A stretch of 64,000 nucleotides of DNA from contig OZ241329.1 in assembly GCA_965199825.1 (NCBI GenBank), forward strand, positions 1,376,001 through 1,440,000. The letters run 5' to 3'. Origin of the DNA: Bdellovibrionales bacterium. GTDB taxonomy: Bacteria; Bdellovibrionota; Bdellovibrionia; Bdellovibrionales; UBA1609. The position numbers were made by a program, and so were the translations under genes. Shown here piece after piece: positions 21,801 to 32,081 of the stretch. Below the pieces are notes generated by a model. The model searched no databases. It saw only the letters and a list, made by a program, of their open reading frames with translations, and was not told where the DNA came from. The stretch's first letter is position 1; every line of letters begins with the position of its first letter.

Positions 21801-22955
21801 CTGTTGCGAGCTCGCCAGGATGCAGAAAATGCGAATGCGGCAAAGAGTACGTTTTTAGCAAACATGAGTCATGAGATTCGGTCTCCTCTCGGCGCAATCA
21901 TGGGATTTGCCGAGCTGATCAAACAACCAGGTTTGGCAAACACCGAAATGATCAACTATGCATCGGTCATCGAGCGCAACTCGCATCATCTGCTGCGAAT
22001 TATCGACGACATTCTTGACCTCTCAAAGGTCGAGGCAGGAAAGATGCTGATCGAGAATATTGATTTTTCAATCTCAGATCTGCTTGCCGATTTTTCTTCT
22101 CTCATGGCTTTTCGTGCACGAGAAAAAGCGATCGATTTTGAATTGCAAACACCCTCGATGCTTCCCTCAATTATCAAGGCCGATCCCACTCGCATTCGTC
22201 AGATTTTGATGAATATCGTTGGCAATGCGATTAAGTTTACCACCAAGGGACATGTCCAACTCGAAGTTGAACTTTCGGCAAATATGATGACCTTTACCGT
22301 AAGCGATACAGGAAGTGGTTTATCGGCAGAGCAAGCCTCACAGTTGTTTCAGCCATTTCATCAAGCCGATGTGTCGACAACCAGAAAATTTGGTGGGACA
22401 GGACTTGGATTAGTTTTGACTCGTCGTTTGACCGAAGCCATGGGCGGAAGTTTTATCCTCGTCAACTCAGCGCCAGGATCTGGCAGCGTATTCAAAGCCG
22501 CAATTCAGGTCGTAGTGCCCGACAAAGCAACTCCACTTTTTTTAAAAAAGGTAAAACAAAAATCAACGCTCATCAAAGAGATCCCTTTCAATTTTGCTGG
22601 CCGAAGAGTTCTTTTGATCGAAGACTCCCCAGACAATCAAGTTTTAATCAGTCTGATTCTGTCGAAGGTTGGAATTTTGGTTGAAATTGCAAGCGATGGC
22701 TATGACGGTGTGAATGCCGCAGCCTCAAACAATTTTGATCTTGTTTTGTGCGATGTCCAAATGCCAAGAATGGATGGGCATCAAACCGTTCGCGAACTTC
22801 GATCACGTGGTTTTGATAAACCAATTATTGCACTCACTGCGCACGCAATGAAAGAAGAACGAGATAAAGCCAAGGCTTCAGGATTCGATGATTACTTGAC
22901 TAAGCCGATCAATCGGGCTGCTTTGATTGAGACACTTATTCGTTTTTTTAAATAA
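18894..22955 (+). CDS. hybrid sensor kinase: GAF, multiple PAS/PAC, HisKA, HATPase, REC
   Basis: RQWFKS..SFCAHAI GAF; PAS repeats (HPDE, WFGTNTD); NMSHEIRSP; receiver DVQMPRMDG...KP. Confidence 0.95.
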   Translation: MTLISTSQYNLEKIKKDLIITPTVSIDEELRLLALKSFKILDTLPEAIYDNLTRLACETCGTPVALVSLVDKNRQWFKSKLGFDTPETSREISFCAHAINQQGIFEIENALEDERFINNPLVISDPGVIFYAGAPLETSEGHKIGTLCVIDHKPKKLSESQKKILTLLADQVVSLIELTGASNTLVETGRREREIMTESKLNQAYLKTTLMSIGDAVIGTSAGPDPQILFLNSVAENLTGWTLSEALGRNVHDVFKIINVNTRESAFDPVSKVLKDGKVSELANHTALISRSGCEYIIEDSAAPIIDESGKILGVVLVFRDVTEKDALRQRSELLNAVIENSKDFIGIAKPDGKAFYVNPAGRSLVGLESLGDATQTQILDYFAPSERSRVTQKLIPEIINHGFWDGRTLFKHFVTGEEIPFSWNAFSIPNIETGNVSAIACVSRDLRSQERREKAMTQVNRAVDLERNKFAAMFDVSPIGLALVVGNDLRFEMVNRKFIELVSPRSYVGRTWSEVYDELPNSELIAIIQNTLLTGNSYQANEMPLEVRGDSDLIEKRYYDFTYSRILDSDHFPYCVVIQCLDVTARVRARKEMEQNQLKLKESEDNLSAAVEVAKVGFYTWDISNDHLVFSKQMQADWGIGADFSLADAVKIIIPEDQQRVSEAINQTLTIGAPYNIQYRIKRPSDGHVIWVEVSGTVSYDDIKKPVRFFGTSIDISSRKAQEAKLEAIANSIPQMAWTADSFGARTWFNDQWFKYSGVKMENVKGWGWLSLQHPDEVNRVEKKYRKHMQSGLPWEDTYPIRSATGEYRWFLSKANPIRDDKGAVVRWFGTNTDVTAQRQAELQLTRLASVIESSSDFIAMTDEKLKPIFINRAGREMTGFGDQEVSQMSVPEFFADDEQNLISDIVLPTLLRDGLWQGELHFKNFKTGALIPVLYNLFALKDPATQSIFGYATVARDTSERRRFENHLLRARQDAENANAAKSTFLANMSHEIRSPLGAIMGFAELIKQPGLANTEMINYASVIERNSHHLLRIIDDILDLSKVEAGKMLIENIDFSISDLLADFSSLMAFRAREKAIDFELQTPSMLPSIIKADPTRIRQILMNIVGNAIKFTTKGHVQLEVELSANMMTFTVSDTGSGLSAEQASQLFQPFHQADVSTTRKFGGTGLGLVLTRRLTEAMGGSFILVNSAPGSGSVFKAAIQVVVPDKATPLFLKKVKQKSTLIKEIPFNFAGRRVLLIEDSPDNQVLISLILSKVGILVEIASDGYDGVNAAASNNFDLVLCDVQMPRMDGHQTVRELRSRGFDKPIIALTAHAMKEERDKAKASGFDDYLTKPINRAALIETLIRFFK

Positions 22956-22990
22956 CGCCGGACTCACGCTATTGCGCTCAAAGGAGCAAA

Positions 22991-23932
22991 ATGTTTTTAG
23001 ATCCCTACACCGAAAAAGTTTTTGATAAGCTGAATTCGATGCGCGATATCGCAGCCGAAATGACTCCCAATGTGATTCTCGCTCTGGTTGTATTCGGATT
23101 TATTTTTTTCATCAGTAAGGTGATTAAAAAATCGATTGTGTCGGTGCTCAGCAAGTCGAAAGAACATCGGAATTTAGCCAAAGTGCTGTCACGGGTTGCG
23201 TCGATAACTATCAACTTATTCGGTGTTTTAGTTGCGGCCGGAATCGCATTTCCATCGGTCACGCCAGCAAGTCTTTTTAGTCTTCTTGGAATCGGTGGGG
23301 TAGCTATTGGTTTTGCTTTTAAAGATGTATTTCAAAACTTTTTGGCCGGCATTCTTATTTTGCTCTTAAATTCATTTAAGATTGGCGACCAAATTGAGGT
23401 GGAGGGCCTCGAGGGCACTGTGGAAGATATCGAAATTAGAGCAACCGTCATTCGCACTTACGACAATCGAAAAGTGATTATACCCAACTCCACATTGTTT
23501 ACAAACAAAGTGATCGTCAATACCGCCTACGACACGCGACGAGTTTCTGTATTTATTGGAATCGGCTACGGCGACGATATCCTTCAAGCAAAAAAGATTA
23601 TTTTAGATAAAGTTTCTCAGATTAGCGGAATTTTAAATGATCCAACTCCATATGTTTTGGTTATTGCTTATGGCGGAAGTTCAGTAGATTTAGAAATTCG
23701 ATTTTGGCTCTCGCCACCACGAAAGCTCGACATCGTTCAAATGCGAGATGCTGTACTCGAAGTTTTAAAATCGGCGCTGTTTGATGCCGGAATTGATTTG
23801 CCTTATCCTACCCAACAAATTCTTTTTCACGACCAAACCGAAGAGACCGATGGCGATCGCAAAACCCAAAGGGAAGGCTATCCCTCGAGGGGAGACAAAG
23901 ATCCAAGATCGCGGTTTCAGGCTCGGACATAA
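22991..23932 (+). CDS. mscS: small-conductance mechanosensitive channel family
   Basis: GVAIGFAFKDVFQNFLAG, FKIGDQI, GTVEDI.IRAT, IPNS. Confidence 0.9.
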   Translation: MFLDPYTEKVFDKLNSMRDIAAEMTPNVILALVVFGFIFFISKVIKKSIVSVLSKSKEHRNLAKVLSRVASITINLFGVLVAAGIAFPSVTPASLFSLLGIGGVAIGFAFKDVFQNFLAGILILLLNSFKIGDQIEVEGLEGTVEDIEIRATVIRTYDNRKVIIPNSTLFTNKVIVNTAYDTRRVSVFIGIGYGDDILQAKKIILDKVSQISGILNDPTPYVLVIAYGGSSVDLEIRFWLSPPRKLDIVQMRDAVLEVLKSALFDAGIDLPYPTQQILFHDQTEETDGDRKTQREGYPSRGDKDPRSRFQART

Positions 23933-24067
23933 ATTTTGTAGCCCGATCAAATATTTTATTTGTACCTCGATGGTAAGATCATCCCGATCGCCCAGCGTCG
24001 ATCGCCAAAATCCACTCAAGATTGGGAAATCGAAGCTGATGGCGTTTGTTAAATGAGATAAATTTAA

Positions 24068-24556
24068 TTTAAAAAATGTAGCGATCACAAGCATTGGGTG
24101 CAGAACGACTTGATTCAGCCGAATAGCTTTTCTGATAAATTCGGCGCTCTTGCGTATGCGAAATGGATTGAAGCAGATTTCAAAAGACCCTCAGGATGAG
24201 TGAGACAATTGTTGGACGGGGCCGGCAAGCTGTCGTCGCTTCAAGATTTTGAGAAAATGACTCCAAGATTTCAAATTTGGACTCTGATGAAATATCTAGG
24301 ATCGAATGTCACTTGGACTAAAGCAGCAATGCTGAGTGAGACAGGATTCTTACCAAAAATTGTAAAGTTAGATGGAAATGGAGATGGAGATTTTGCGCAT
24401 GCTTGGCTAGAAGTGCCGATCCGTTTGGGGGGTGGTGAAACAGAAACATTGATCGTAGATCCCAGTAACGGAAGATACATCTTGAACTACAATTCTGTGT
24501 TGGCAATCGCTCCAATCCACAAAAGTTCATACGAAAAAAATATGTTAATCCGTTGA
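24068..24556 (+). pseudogene. transglutaminase/papain-like fragment
   Basis: HAWLEV...IVDP; frame open from 24068 except TGA at 24197-24199; no catalytic Cys seen. Confidence 0.45.
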
Positions 24557-25108
24557 GAGAATACCTGATCCTGCAGGCTGAGCCGCTACCAACTCATACC
24601 GAAACGAATCACGAACATATCCTTTAACTTCGGTTACCCCTTTGGTCCTACCCACATTTGTCATGCCTAATTTTTCCATAACTTTGAAAGAGGCGGTATT
24701 GCGAGTATCGCAAGTGGCGTAAATCACTGCGAGCTTTAATTTTTCAAATCCAAAATCGATCAAAGCTTTCGCAGCTTCGGTTGCATAACCTTGTTTTTGA
24801 AAATCTGGATGGATCGCCCAACCAATATTCGCAATGGAACTCGTTTGAGTTTCTCGGCGAATTCCGCATCCACCAATCAGCAAATCATTTTTATTTAAAC
24901 AAATAGCAAATTCAAATTTATAGCGTGGGTTCGATGGCTTTGTGACATCCGCAATAAATTTGTGAGTGTCCTCAGGCGAGTTTGGTCCCCACTCCTGGTA
25001 TTTCGAAAAATCAGGATCAGCGCAATAGCTGTGCACGCGCTCCCAATCTTGTGGCTTGTAGGCTCGAAGTTTTAGGCGCTCCGTCGTGAGCTCTATTTCT
25101 TGTTCCAT
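24545..25108 (-). CDS. GNAT acetyltransferase (RimJ/RimL type)
   Basis: TERLKLR, IGWAIHPDFQKQGYATEA, NTASFKVMEKLGM. Confidence 0.92.
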   Translation of the reverse strand: MEQEIELTTERLKLRAYKPQDWERVHSYCADPDFSKYQEWGPNSPEDTHKFIADVTKPSNPRYKFEFAICLNKNDLLIGGCGIRRETQTSSIANIGWAIHPDFQKQGYATEAAKALIDFGFEKLKLAVIYATCDTRNTASFKVMEKLGMTNVGRTKGVTEVKGYVRDSFRYELVAAQPAGSGILSTD

Positions 25109-25221
25109 CGCCTAGGGCGCACTCCAATTTTTAATTGAATTTTGAGATCGAGTCGGAATTGACGATCGCAGTTTTACAATTCCCTGTATGATCTTGTCTT
25201 CGCATTCATTTTTTTGACCCG

Positions 25222-25434
25222 TCATGCTTGCGAGCATTCCATCTCGGATGCCAGACAAAGCATCGCGTAAAAGATCTGTTTGTTTGCATCTCCCGCCAAA
25301 TTTATCTCTTTAACATTCTCACAATTGGATTCGGCATATTTTTGAATATGAAAAATATATTGATCTAGAGTCGCTTTGTTAAAATCGGCGAGAGCCGGTA
25401 AACAAAAAATTAGAAATACGTAATAGGTTTTCAT
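25222..25434 (-). CDS. small exported hypothetical protein
   Basis: signal-peptide-like leader; 70 aa. Confidence 0.4.
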   Translation of the reverse strand: MKTYYVFLIFCLPALADFNKATLDQYIFHIQKYAESNCENVKEINLAGDANKQIFYAMLCLASEMECSQA

Positions 25435-25559
25435 ATTTAAATCGTAACCGAGCTTGTAGGAGTCGTCTAGATTGAAGAGGCATTTTCTGAAGGCTGGCTT
25501 TTAACCCTTATTCGCGCTATTGCAGATTCGAAGTTTTGTTAAATAAAGGGCAAAAAAAA

Positions 25560-26639
25560 ATGATTCAAAAAATTAAGTTTTGTATCTTCGCTGTTGGCTT
25601 AACTTCTCAAATAAGTTTGGCCACAACAAATTCAGAGCCGCCAAAGGGTCAGGATCCGTGTCTCCAGCTTTTTGCTGAAACCAACTTGCCCAGTGGACTT
25701 CTCAGTCTTGAAACACAATATGCAAAACTCCATGTGATGACAGACTCTAAGTTAACCGCAAGGGTTCATCAACTCTACCAACTTGCACGGCAGTTCATCG
25801 AGTTTGGTGCGGATCGTCGTTATCAATCCTCGGCCGTGAATAGTTCGATCGAGGTCGTCACTTTAAGAGGTGGATTTACCGATATCAAAGTTACCGATGT
25901 GATTGATGATCTAAAAAGGCCCCTTATCATTCAATCCCTGCGCGACGCTGGGATTCAGCCTGAAATGTGGGTGAGCCGTGTTGGTGAACGTGTGCCGACC
26001 CATAACTATTTCGGCAGGTATTCGACCATTGTTGAATACGAATACGCATTGAGTACTATTTTAAGATATTTGATCGATAAAAAAAATGATGATCGTAACG
26101 GCTTTAATCTGGCTGCAATTTTAGATCGACTCATTCGCAAGCATCAACTCTACATGGGCCTTGCGCCTGAACTTCAGGTTGCGCTTGATCATGATTTTAC
26201 TCTTGCAGGCTTCAATAGTTTTGAGGGTCCAATTTTACCTAATCATTATCCAGTGGGGAGTTTTGTTGGTCAGCAGATGATCACCTCGATTCGACTTCAG
26301 CGCGACAAAGATGGAAAAACTGATCGCGAACGACTGGTCGTCCAACTAGAACGTTGGAAAAATATTTTACACTTTGTTCAAGAAAGCAAAACTGTGCCCG
26401 TCGAGCTTCGGCCTCTCGACGTCACAGATTTGACCGTAGATAAAGCAAAGTCACATATAACCACATTGACTGAGCTCCTCTCATTACCTGAAATTAAAGA
26501 AGGTATCGTTGAAGGAGTGATAGATAGAGTGTATCCCGCCGGCTTCGATATTATTCAGAGCGATGGAACAAAACTTGTGTTGAACACCAATTATGGAGTT
26601 ATTTTTAATGGAGGAATTGCGATTCGTAGTCCAAAATAA
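25560..26639 (+). CDS. exported hypothetical protein
   Basis: signal peptide; CLQLF after the leader. Confidence 0.7.
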   Translation: MIQKIKFCIFAVGLTSQISLATTNSEPPKGQDPCLQLFAETNLPSGLLSLETQYAKLHVMTDSKLTARVHQLYQLARQFIEFGADRRYQSSAVNSSIEVVTLRGGFTDIKVTDVIDDLKRPLIIQSLRDAGIQPEMWVSRVGERVPTHNYFGRYSTIVEYEYALSTILRYLIDKKNDDRNGFNLAAILDRLIRKHQLYMGLAPELQVALDHDFTLAGFNSFEGPILPNHYPVGSFVGQQMITSIRLQRDKDGKTDRERLVVQLERWKNILHFVQESKTVPVELRPLDVTDLTVDKAKSHITTLTELLSLPEIKEGIVEGVIDRVYPAGFDIIQSDGTKLVLNTNYGVIFNGGIAIRSPK

Positions 26640-26665
26640 AATCTGTTTATATCAGAAATGGTCTT

Positions 26666-27346
26666 TTAGCTCAATTCAATCTCTGCTTCAAGATCCTTCA
26701 AATACCGCTTCATACTTTCAACCCGACGAGATCCTTCTTTGCGACCCGTTGCAGTCTTTAAAGTCTCGGCTGTTTTAAAAAGTTTTGCGAAAAAGTGGTC
26801 TACGGTAAACGTGCCATCATCAGGTGTGCGCTCTGTGCAAAATGGATCTTGTTCTGAATAAAACGGTCTTTTTAAAAGTCCTGCGGTTGCAAAACATCGG
26901 GCAATCCCGATGGCGCCCAATCCATCGAGGCGATCGGCATCTTGAACAATCTGTGATTCTAAAGTTTTCGCCGCGATATTTGCACTAAAGCTGTGGGCCG
27001 CAATCGCATGAGCGATGTCATCGAAATATTGTGCGGGGTATGCGATCTCTTTTAAAAATTTTAATGCGGCATCGGCCGAGAGTTGCGAGGCTTGTTTTCG
27101 TCTTGGATCATCTTTAGGGATAATCACAAAATCATGAAGCCAGGCTGCGGGCAAAACGATTTCTAATTTTCCATTTTCTTGAGCACACAAATTTTTTGCG
27201 GTAGCGACCACTCTTTTAAAATGCAAAACATCGTGAGCAGGATCAACGCTCGATGCAATTTGTGAAATTCGAGCAGAAAATAATTTTTCGAATTTTGAGA
27301 AGTCCACCGCATTGAATGTATCTTGCCAAACCGCATAGGCAAGCAC
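26666..27346 (-). CDS. HD-domain phosphohydrolase (YedJ-like)
   Basis: DPAHD..H..RV, AAWLHD, HSFS, QDADRLDGLGAIGIAR, DHFFAKL. Confidence 0.92.
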   Translation of the reverse strand: MLAYAVWQDTFNAVDFSKFEKLFSARISQIASSVDPAHDVLHFKRVVATAKNLCAQENGKLEIVLPAAWLHDFVIIPKDDPRRKQASQLSADAALKFLKEIAYPAQYFDDIAHAIAAHSFSANIAAKTLESQIVQDADRLDGLGAIGIARCFATAGLLKRPFYSEQDPFCTERTPDDGTFTVDHFFAKLFKTAETLKTATGRKEGSRRVESMKRYLKDLEAEIELS

Positions 27347-27421
27347 TCAATATCAGTTTCGCGTCTCAAGGTGAGACTTCGGCTATCAATGCCATGGCTT
27401 GTCCGATAAACTAGAGACAGC

Positions 27422-28528
27422 ATGAACAGACTCAAAAAAACTGCGCTCCTTATATTTCTTGGCTTTACCGCTGGCGGTTTTCAAAATTGCAGCTCGGGCT
27501 ATCGCGCAATGAATGGGGATGTCACCTTGCTCTCGTCGCCGCCTGCATCGCCAGAGCCTTCGCCCACACCATCGGCGTCCACCCCTATCGATGAGTCGCG
27601 ACAGCGCGGGTTTGCTACCGCCGCGTTGCTCGGTGTGTGGAACAATCCCGCTCGCCTCAATGCGATGCTGGACGATATGATTTCGATCCATGCCTCGTGG
27701 GTCCGGTTTGATTTTCAATGGCAGGCCATTAACGATGTCAGCCTAACGTCTTACAATACTCAGCGCTACGATGCGGTCGTAAAAGCCGCCGTTGCTAAGG
27801 GCATTCAAATTCTTGGGATCATCGATTATTCAAACTCATTGGTGAATGGTGGCAATGATCAAATGGTGCCGCCCGGTGATTTCAAAACTTATGCAATCTA
27901 TTGTTCGTTTTTGGCCAATCACTTTGGCCCGATGGGTGTTCACCATTGGGAAATTTGGAATGAGGAGAACACCGTAGCGTTTTGGAATCCCGGTGCTGAT
28001 GCTGGCTACTTTACAAAAATGCTCAAGCTCGCATATCCAGCTTTAAAAGCGGCCGATCCCTCATCGTTTGTCGTGCTCGGCGGAATGGCGCCGACAGGAG
28101 ATGATGGCGTCAATCAAACTCCACAAACATTTTTGACGGGCGTGTACGCTGCTGGTGGCAAAAATTATTTCGATGCCGTTGGCCATCACCCTTATCTGTA
28201 TTCGGGCGATGACTATTGGTTTTCGAACGCGATTCCTGAACTGCGCCAAATCATGCTGGCCAATAATGATGGCGCCAAAAAAATCTGGCTGACAGAATCG
28301 GGGAGCCCTTCTTCAGGAAATAGCTCGCTCTACACCGAGGCGTGGCAAGCTCAGATCGTTCAACACACATTGCAACTCCATCTGACACTGGATTATCTCG
28401 GACCTGTTTTTATTTACGACTACATGGATGAAGGCACAAACCCCAAAGACATCGAAAGTAATTTTGGCGTTGTTCATCTCGATGGCTCGCCGAAACCGGC
28501 TTACACCGTCTTTAAAAATGCGGAGTAA
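27422..28528 (+). CDS. clan GH-A glycoside hydrolase (GH39/GH5-like), lipoprotein-type leader
   Basis: GFQNCS leader; P/S-rich linker; WEIWNEEN, GHHPY, IWLTESG, NFG...DGSPKPAY. Confidence 0.85.
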   Translation: MNRLKKTALLIFLGFTAGGFQNCSSGYRAMNGDVTLLSSPPASPEPSPTPSASTPIDESRQRGFATAALLGVWNNPARLNAMLDDMISIHASWVRFDFQWQAINDVSLTSYNTQRYDAVVKAAVAKGIQILGIIDYSNSLVNGGNDQMVPPGDFKTYAIYCSFLANHFGPMGVHHWEIWNEENTVAFWNPGADAGYFTKMLKLAYPALKAADPSSFVVLGGMAPTGDDGVNQTPQTFLTGVYAAGGKNYFDAVGHHPYLYSGDDYWFSNAIPELRQIMLANNDGAKKIWLTESGSPSSGNSSLYTEAWQAQIVQHTLQLHLTLDYLGPVFIYDYMDEGTNPKDIESNFGVVHLDGSPKPAYTVFKNAE

Positions 28529-28814
28529 GCCAAATTAGAGGGGTTCGCGGTTCCGACAATCAGAAAATATTCGTATGCATGACTTCTTATCCAAACCCAA
28601 AGCTCCGCATAAATATCAATCCGTTTCTTAATTTTTTATTTTAACCTACTTTCATTTACATTAAATAATTTCAATTTATCCCGTATGAATCGACGGTGTT
28701 GGCATGCTCGGCTCTCCGCAATGGATATAATTCCGGTTTGGCAAGCAAGTAATAACGCTGCTCAATGTTTGCAATATTGAACTTCGAAAATATGTTAAGT
28801 AATGCAGTAGACAC

Positions 28815-31800
28815 ATGCAAAGTTTAGAAGCAGACAAACAGCAATCAGAAAAGATCATAAGCTCGATCCAAGCACGGCTTGGATTTGTCCCGCCATTTTA
28901 CGAGCCGGCTCGCCATACACCAGCTATTCTAGCCGATTTATGGTCTCAAACTGTCACGGGCTATCTCGACAACCCAATACCAGTTTTGTTTAAAGAAAAA
29001 CTTGCGGCTCTAATTTCTCGCTTTTGCTCGGTGCCCTACTGCATGATGTGTCACTCAGCCTCCTTAAAGCCCATAGGATATTCTACTGATGACATTATAT
29101 CTTTGGTCGAGAGTGAGGATCCCAATGATTCAACAATTCGAGAGTCCTTAAAAGTTATTCGTGATGCAACACCATTAGATAAATGGCCTGATACAAATTC
29201 AATTCAAGAACAAGCCATTCTTAATCTTTCTGTGGCGATCTTTTTGAATCAAAGTCAGAATGCGATTCGCACCGAGTTTCGCCGTTTTTTACCGCACAAA
29301 CTGTATGACTATTTGATTCTTTTTATAGGTTATAATCGAGTGGCACTCAATTGGGCAGAATCGCATCCTGAGCTGCAATATTCAGAAGATGCCCGCTACA
29401 AAAATTATCTTGCAGATGAGGTGAGACAAAATTCATCGCTTGCTCAGTTTTTTGCGGACTTTAGTGCAAGAATGGTGACTCAATCCCAGCGGCAAGAATC
29501 TTGGCTCTCAAAAGAAAACAAACGGCTTCTAGAAATTGAGCGTTCTCGAATTCAAAGTTATTTTGCACAAGCCCCAGTGGGTTTTGCTGTTTTAAAAGAA
29601 CCAGAACATGTTGTTGCTTTCGCCAATCCTATGTTCAATCATCTCACCCGCGCTCAAGATTCTATTGGCAAAGTGATTCGCAAAGTTCTTCATGGAGAAT
29701 CTTTTTTACCAATTTTTGATTCGTTTGATTCAAGCTTTCGTTCTGGTCAGGGCTACACAGAATATAGCAAACCCTTTGGTCAAGGTGTGTTTGTTGATTT
29801 GCGTGTTGAACCCTATCGTGATGAAAATGAGCGAGTTGCCGGAATCATTATCATTCTTATTGATGTCTCCGAGCGTGAAAAACTCAAACGTGATCTTGAA
29901 AAGGCTGATCGTGAAGCTGAAGAAGCTAAGAATCAATTGGTATCCGCAGTTGCGGCAATGCCAGTGTCCATTGCGCTCTTAAGTGGACCAACACACATCT
30001 ATAAAATTACAAATGCGGCTCATGATCAACTCATTGGAAAACGTGATTATATTGGGAGAGCAGTTGCTGATGTGGTGCCTGAGGCAAAAGATGCGGGAGT
30101 TGTTGATTCACTTGATCAGGTTTACCGAACTGGCAAAACCCATTCAGTCGAACGCACGGAACTGAGTCTCAATCGTCAAAATCTTGGTCTTCAAAAAGTA
30201 ACAATCTCGGTCACTTATCAAGCGATGCGAGACGCTCAAAATAAAATCAATGGGATTCTTGCGACATCCATCGACATGACCGAACAAATTGTTGCGCAAA
30301 AAAAATTAAAAGCAGCCGCCGAAGCAGTAAGGACCGAACGAAATAAGCTGCATGCGATGATTCATTCGTCACCCATTGGCATTGCGCTGACCAACGGACC
30401 AAATTTTACTTTTGAGCTTGTTAACGAAAACTTTGTGAAGCTTGTTGGATTTCGGAATTACATTGGCCGTAATTTGCTGGATGTGTATAGCGAATTACGT
30501 GACTCAGACCTTATCAAGATCCTTCAGCGTGTTTATGAAACAGGCGAGGACTACTCGGCAATAGATGAAAGAATCGTGATAAAAAATGACTCACAACAAA
30601 TGGTCGAACGCTTTTATGATTTTACGTACACAAGGTTACTCAACGAAGAGAGTTCCGATTTTGGTATCCTGATTCAATGCTCGGATGTGAGTGAGCGAGT
30701 CCTTGCTCGAAACGAACTTGAACAGTCAAAGCTTGCAGCTGAGATAGCCAATCAATCTAAGTCACAATTTTTGGCCAATATGTCCCATGAGATCCGCTCT
30801 CCCCTTGGAGCGGTTATGGGTTTTGCAGATCTTTTGCGAAATCCTGAAATCAAACCTGCAGAGCTCATCAATTACGCCAATGTTATTGATCGCAACTCAA
30901 AACATCTTTTGCGAATCGTTGATGATATTTTAGATTTGTCCAAAGTCGAAGCTGGAATGTTGATAGTTGAAGAGATTGAGTTTTCACTTCTCGAATTGCT
31001 TTCTGATTTCTCTTCGATGATGGGCTTTAAAGCACGCGAAAAGGGAATTCAATTTCATTTGCTGTTTAACACAAAGATTCCAAATCCGATTATTTCTGAT
31101 CCCACACGATTGCGGCAGATACTTATGAATATGGTATCTAACGCCATTAAATTTACCGCCAAAGGTTTAATTGAATTGTCTTTGTCATTCGAGAATACCG
31201 CTTTTGTTATGCGAGTGAGCGATACAGGAATTGGGTTAACTGAAGTACAGCAAGCAAAACTGTTTACTCCATTTCAACAAGCGGATTCATCCACCACACG
31301 ACAATACGGCGGAACTGGGCTCGGTTTGGTTTTGACCCGTCGCCTTTGCAATGCCATGGGTGGCAATTTTATTTTGGAAAAATCGATTCCAGGGGTTGGA
31401 ACATCATTTGTCGCCAGCATAAAAATCAATCTTCCTGTTAAAGCTGTAATGATGGATCAACACTTTAAATTTGAACCTGCATCATCAACTAAAACCGAAT
31501 CGAATGAACAGCCTTTAGCAGGGGCTCGCATCCTGCTTATTGAAGATTCGCCAGATAACCAGGTTTTGATTGAGCTTATTCTTAACAAAAGCGGTGCCCA
31601 GGTTGGGGTTGCGAACGATGGTATAGAAGGTGTTCAACTTGCGCTAACAAAAGCTTTTGATGTGGTTTTGTGTGACATGCAAATGCCACGAATGGATGGA
31701 TACGAAACTGTTCGAAAGCTCAGGAGCAGTGGTTATCAGATTCCAATCGTTGCTCTCACTGCCCATGCCATGAAGGAAGAATACACCAAAGCCATGTCGT

Positions 31801-31880
31801 CCGGTTTTAGCGATTATCTCACCAAGCCTATTCAGAAGGCAGAATTGATCACAACACTGACTAAATATTTTAAGGGATAA
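28815..31880 (+). CDS. hybrid sensor kinase with AhpD/CMD-like N-terminus, PAS domains, HisKA, HATPase, REC
   Basis: LGFVPPFY...[28 protein letters not shown]. Confidence 0.92.
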   Translation: MQSLEADKQQSEKIISSIQARLGFVPPFYEPARHTPAILADLWSQTVTGYLDNPIPVLFKEKLAALISRFCSVPYCMMCHSASLKPIGYSTDDIISLVESEDPNDSTIRESLKVIRDATPLDKWPDTNSIQEQAILNLSVAIFLNQSQNAIRTEFRRFLPHKLYDYLILFIGYNRVALNWAESHPELQYSEDARYKNYLADEVRQNSSLAQFFADFSARMVTQSQRQESWLSKENKRLLEIERSRIQSYFAQAPVGFAVLKEPEHVVAFANPMFNHLTRAQDSIGKVIRKVLHGESFLPIFDSFDSSFRSGQGYTEYSKPFGQGVFVDLRVEPYRDENERVAGIIIILIDVSEREKLKRDLEKADREAEEAKNQLVSAVAAMPVSIALLSGPTHIYKITNAAHDQLIGKRDYIGRAVADVVPEAKDAGVVDSLDQVYRTGKTHSVERTELSLNRQNLGLQKVTISVTYQAMRDAQNKINGILATSIDMTEQIVAQKKLKAAAEAVRTERNKLHAMIHSSPIGIALTNGPNFTFELVNENFVKLVGFRNYIGRNLLDVYSELRDSDLIKILQRVYETGEDYSAIDERIVIKNDSQQMVERFYDFTYTRLLNEESSDFGILIQCSDVSERVLARNELEQSKLAAEIANQSKSQFLANMSHEIRSPLGAVMGFADLLRNPEIKPAELINYANVIDRNSKHLLRIVDDILDLSKVEAGMLIVEEIEFSLLELLSDFSSMMGFKAREKGIQFHLLFNTKIPNPIISDPTRLRQILMNMVSNAIKFTAKGLIELSLSFENTAFVMRVSDTGIGLTEVQQAKLFTPFQQADSSTTRQYGGTGLGLVLTRRLCNAMGGNFILEKSIPGVGTSFVASIKINLPVKAVMMDQHFKFEPASSTKTESNEQPLAGARILLIEDSPDNQVLIELILNKSGAQVGVANDGIEGVQLALTKAFDVVLCDMQMPRMDGYETVRKLRSSGYQIPIVALTAHAMKEEYTKAMSSGFSDYLTKPIQKAELITTLTKYFKG

Positions 31881-32081
31881 AGGGTTTGATCGATTAGCCA
31901 GTGACGTCTTGTGGATGCACGATGTTCGACTTATTTTATGACGGGCGTCACTGAGAGAGTGGAAGATCAAAATCCAACTGCTAATTTTCTTATGCGTCGA
32001 AAGTTCAACGACTTCTGACAAAAATACATTTACCAAATTCACCAAGTTTGTAGCAACTCATGCGTGGTATAAATCTGGCAG

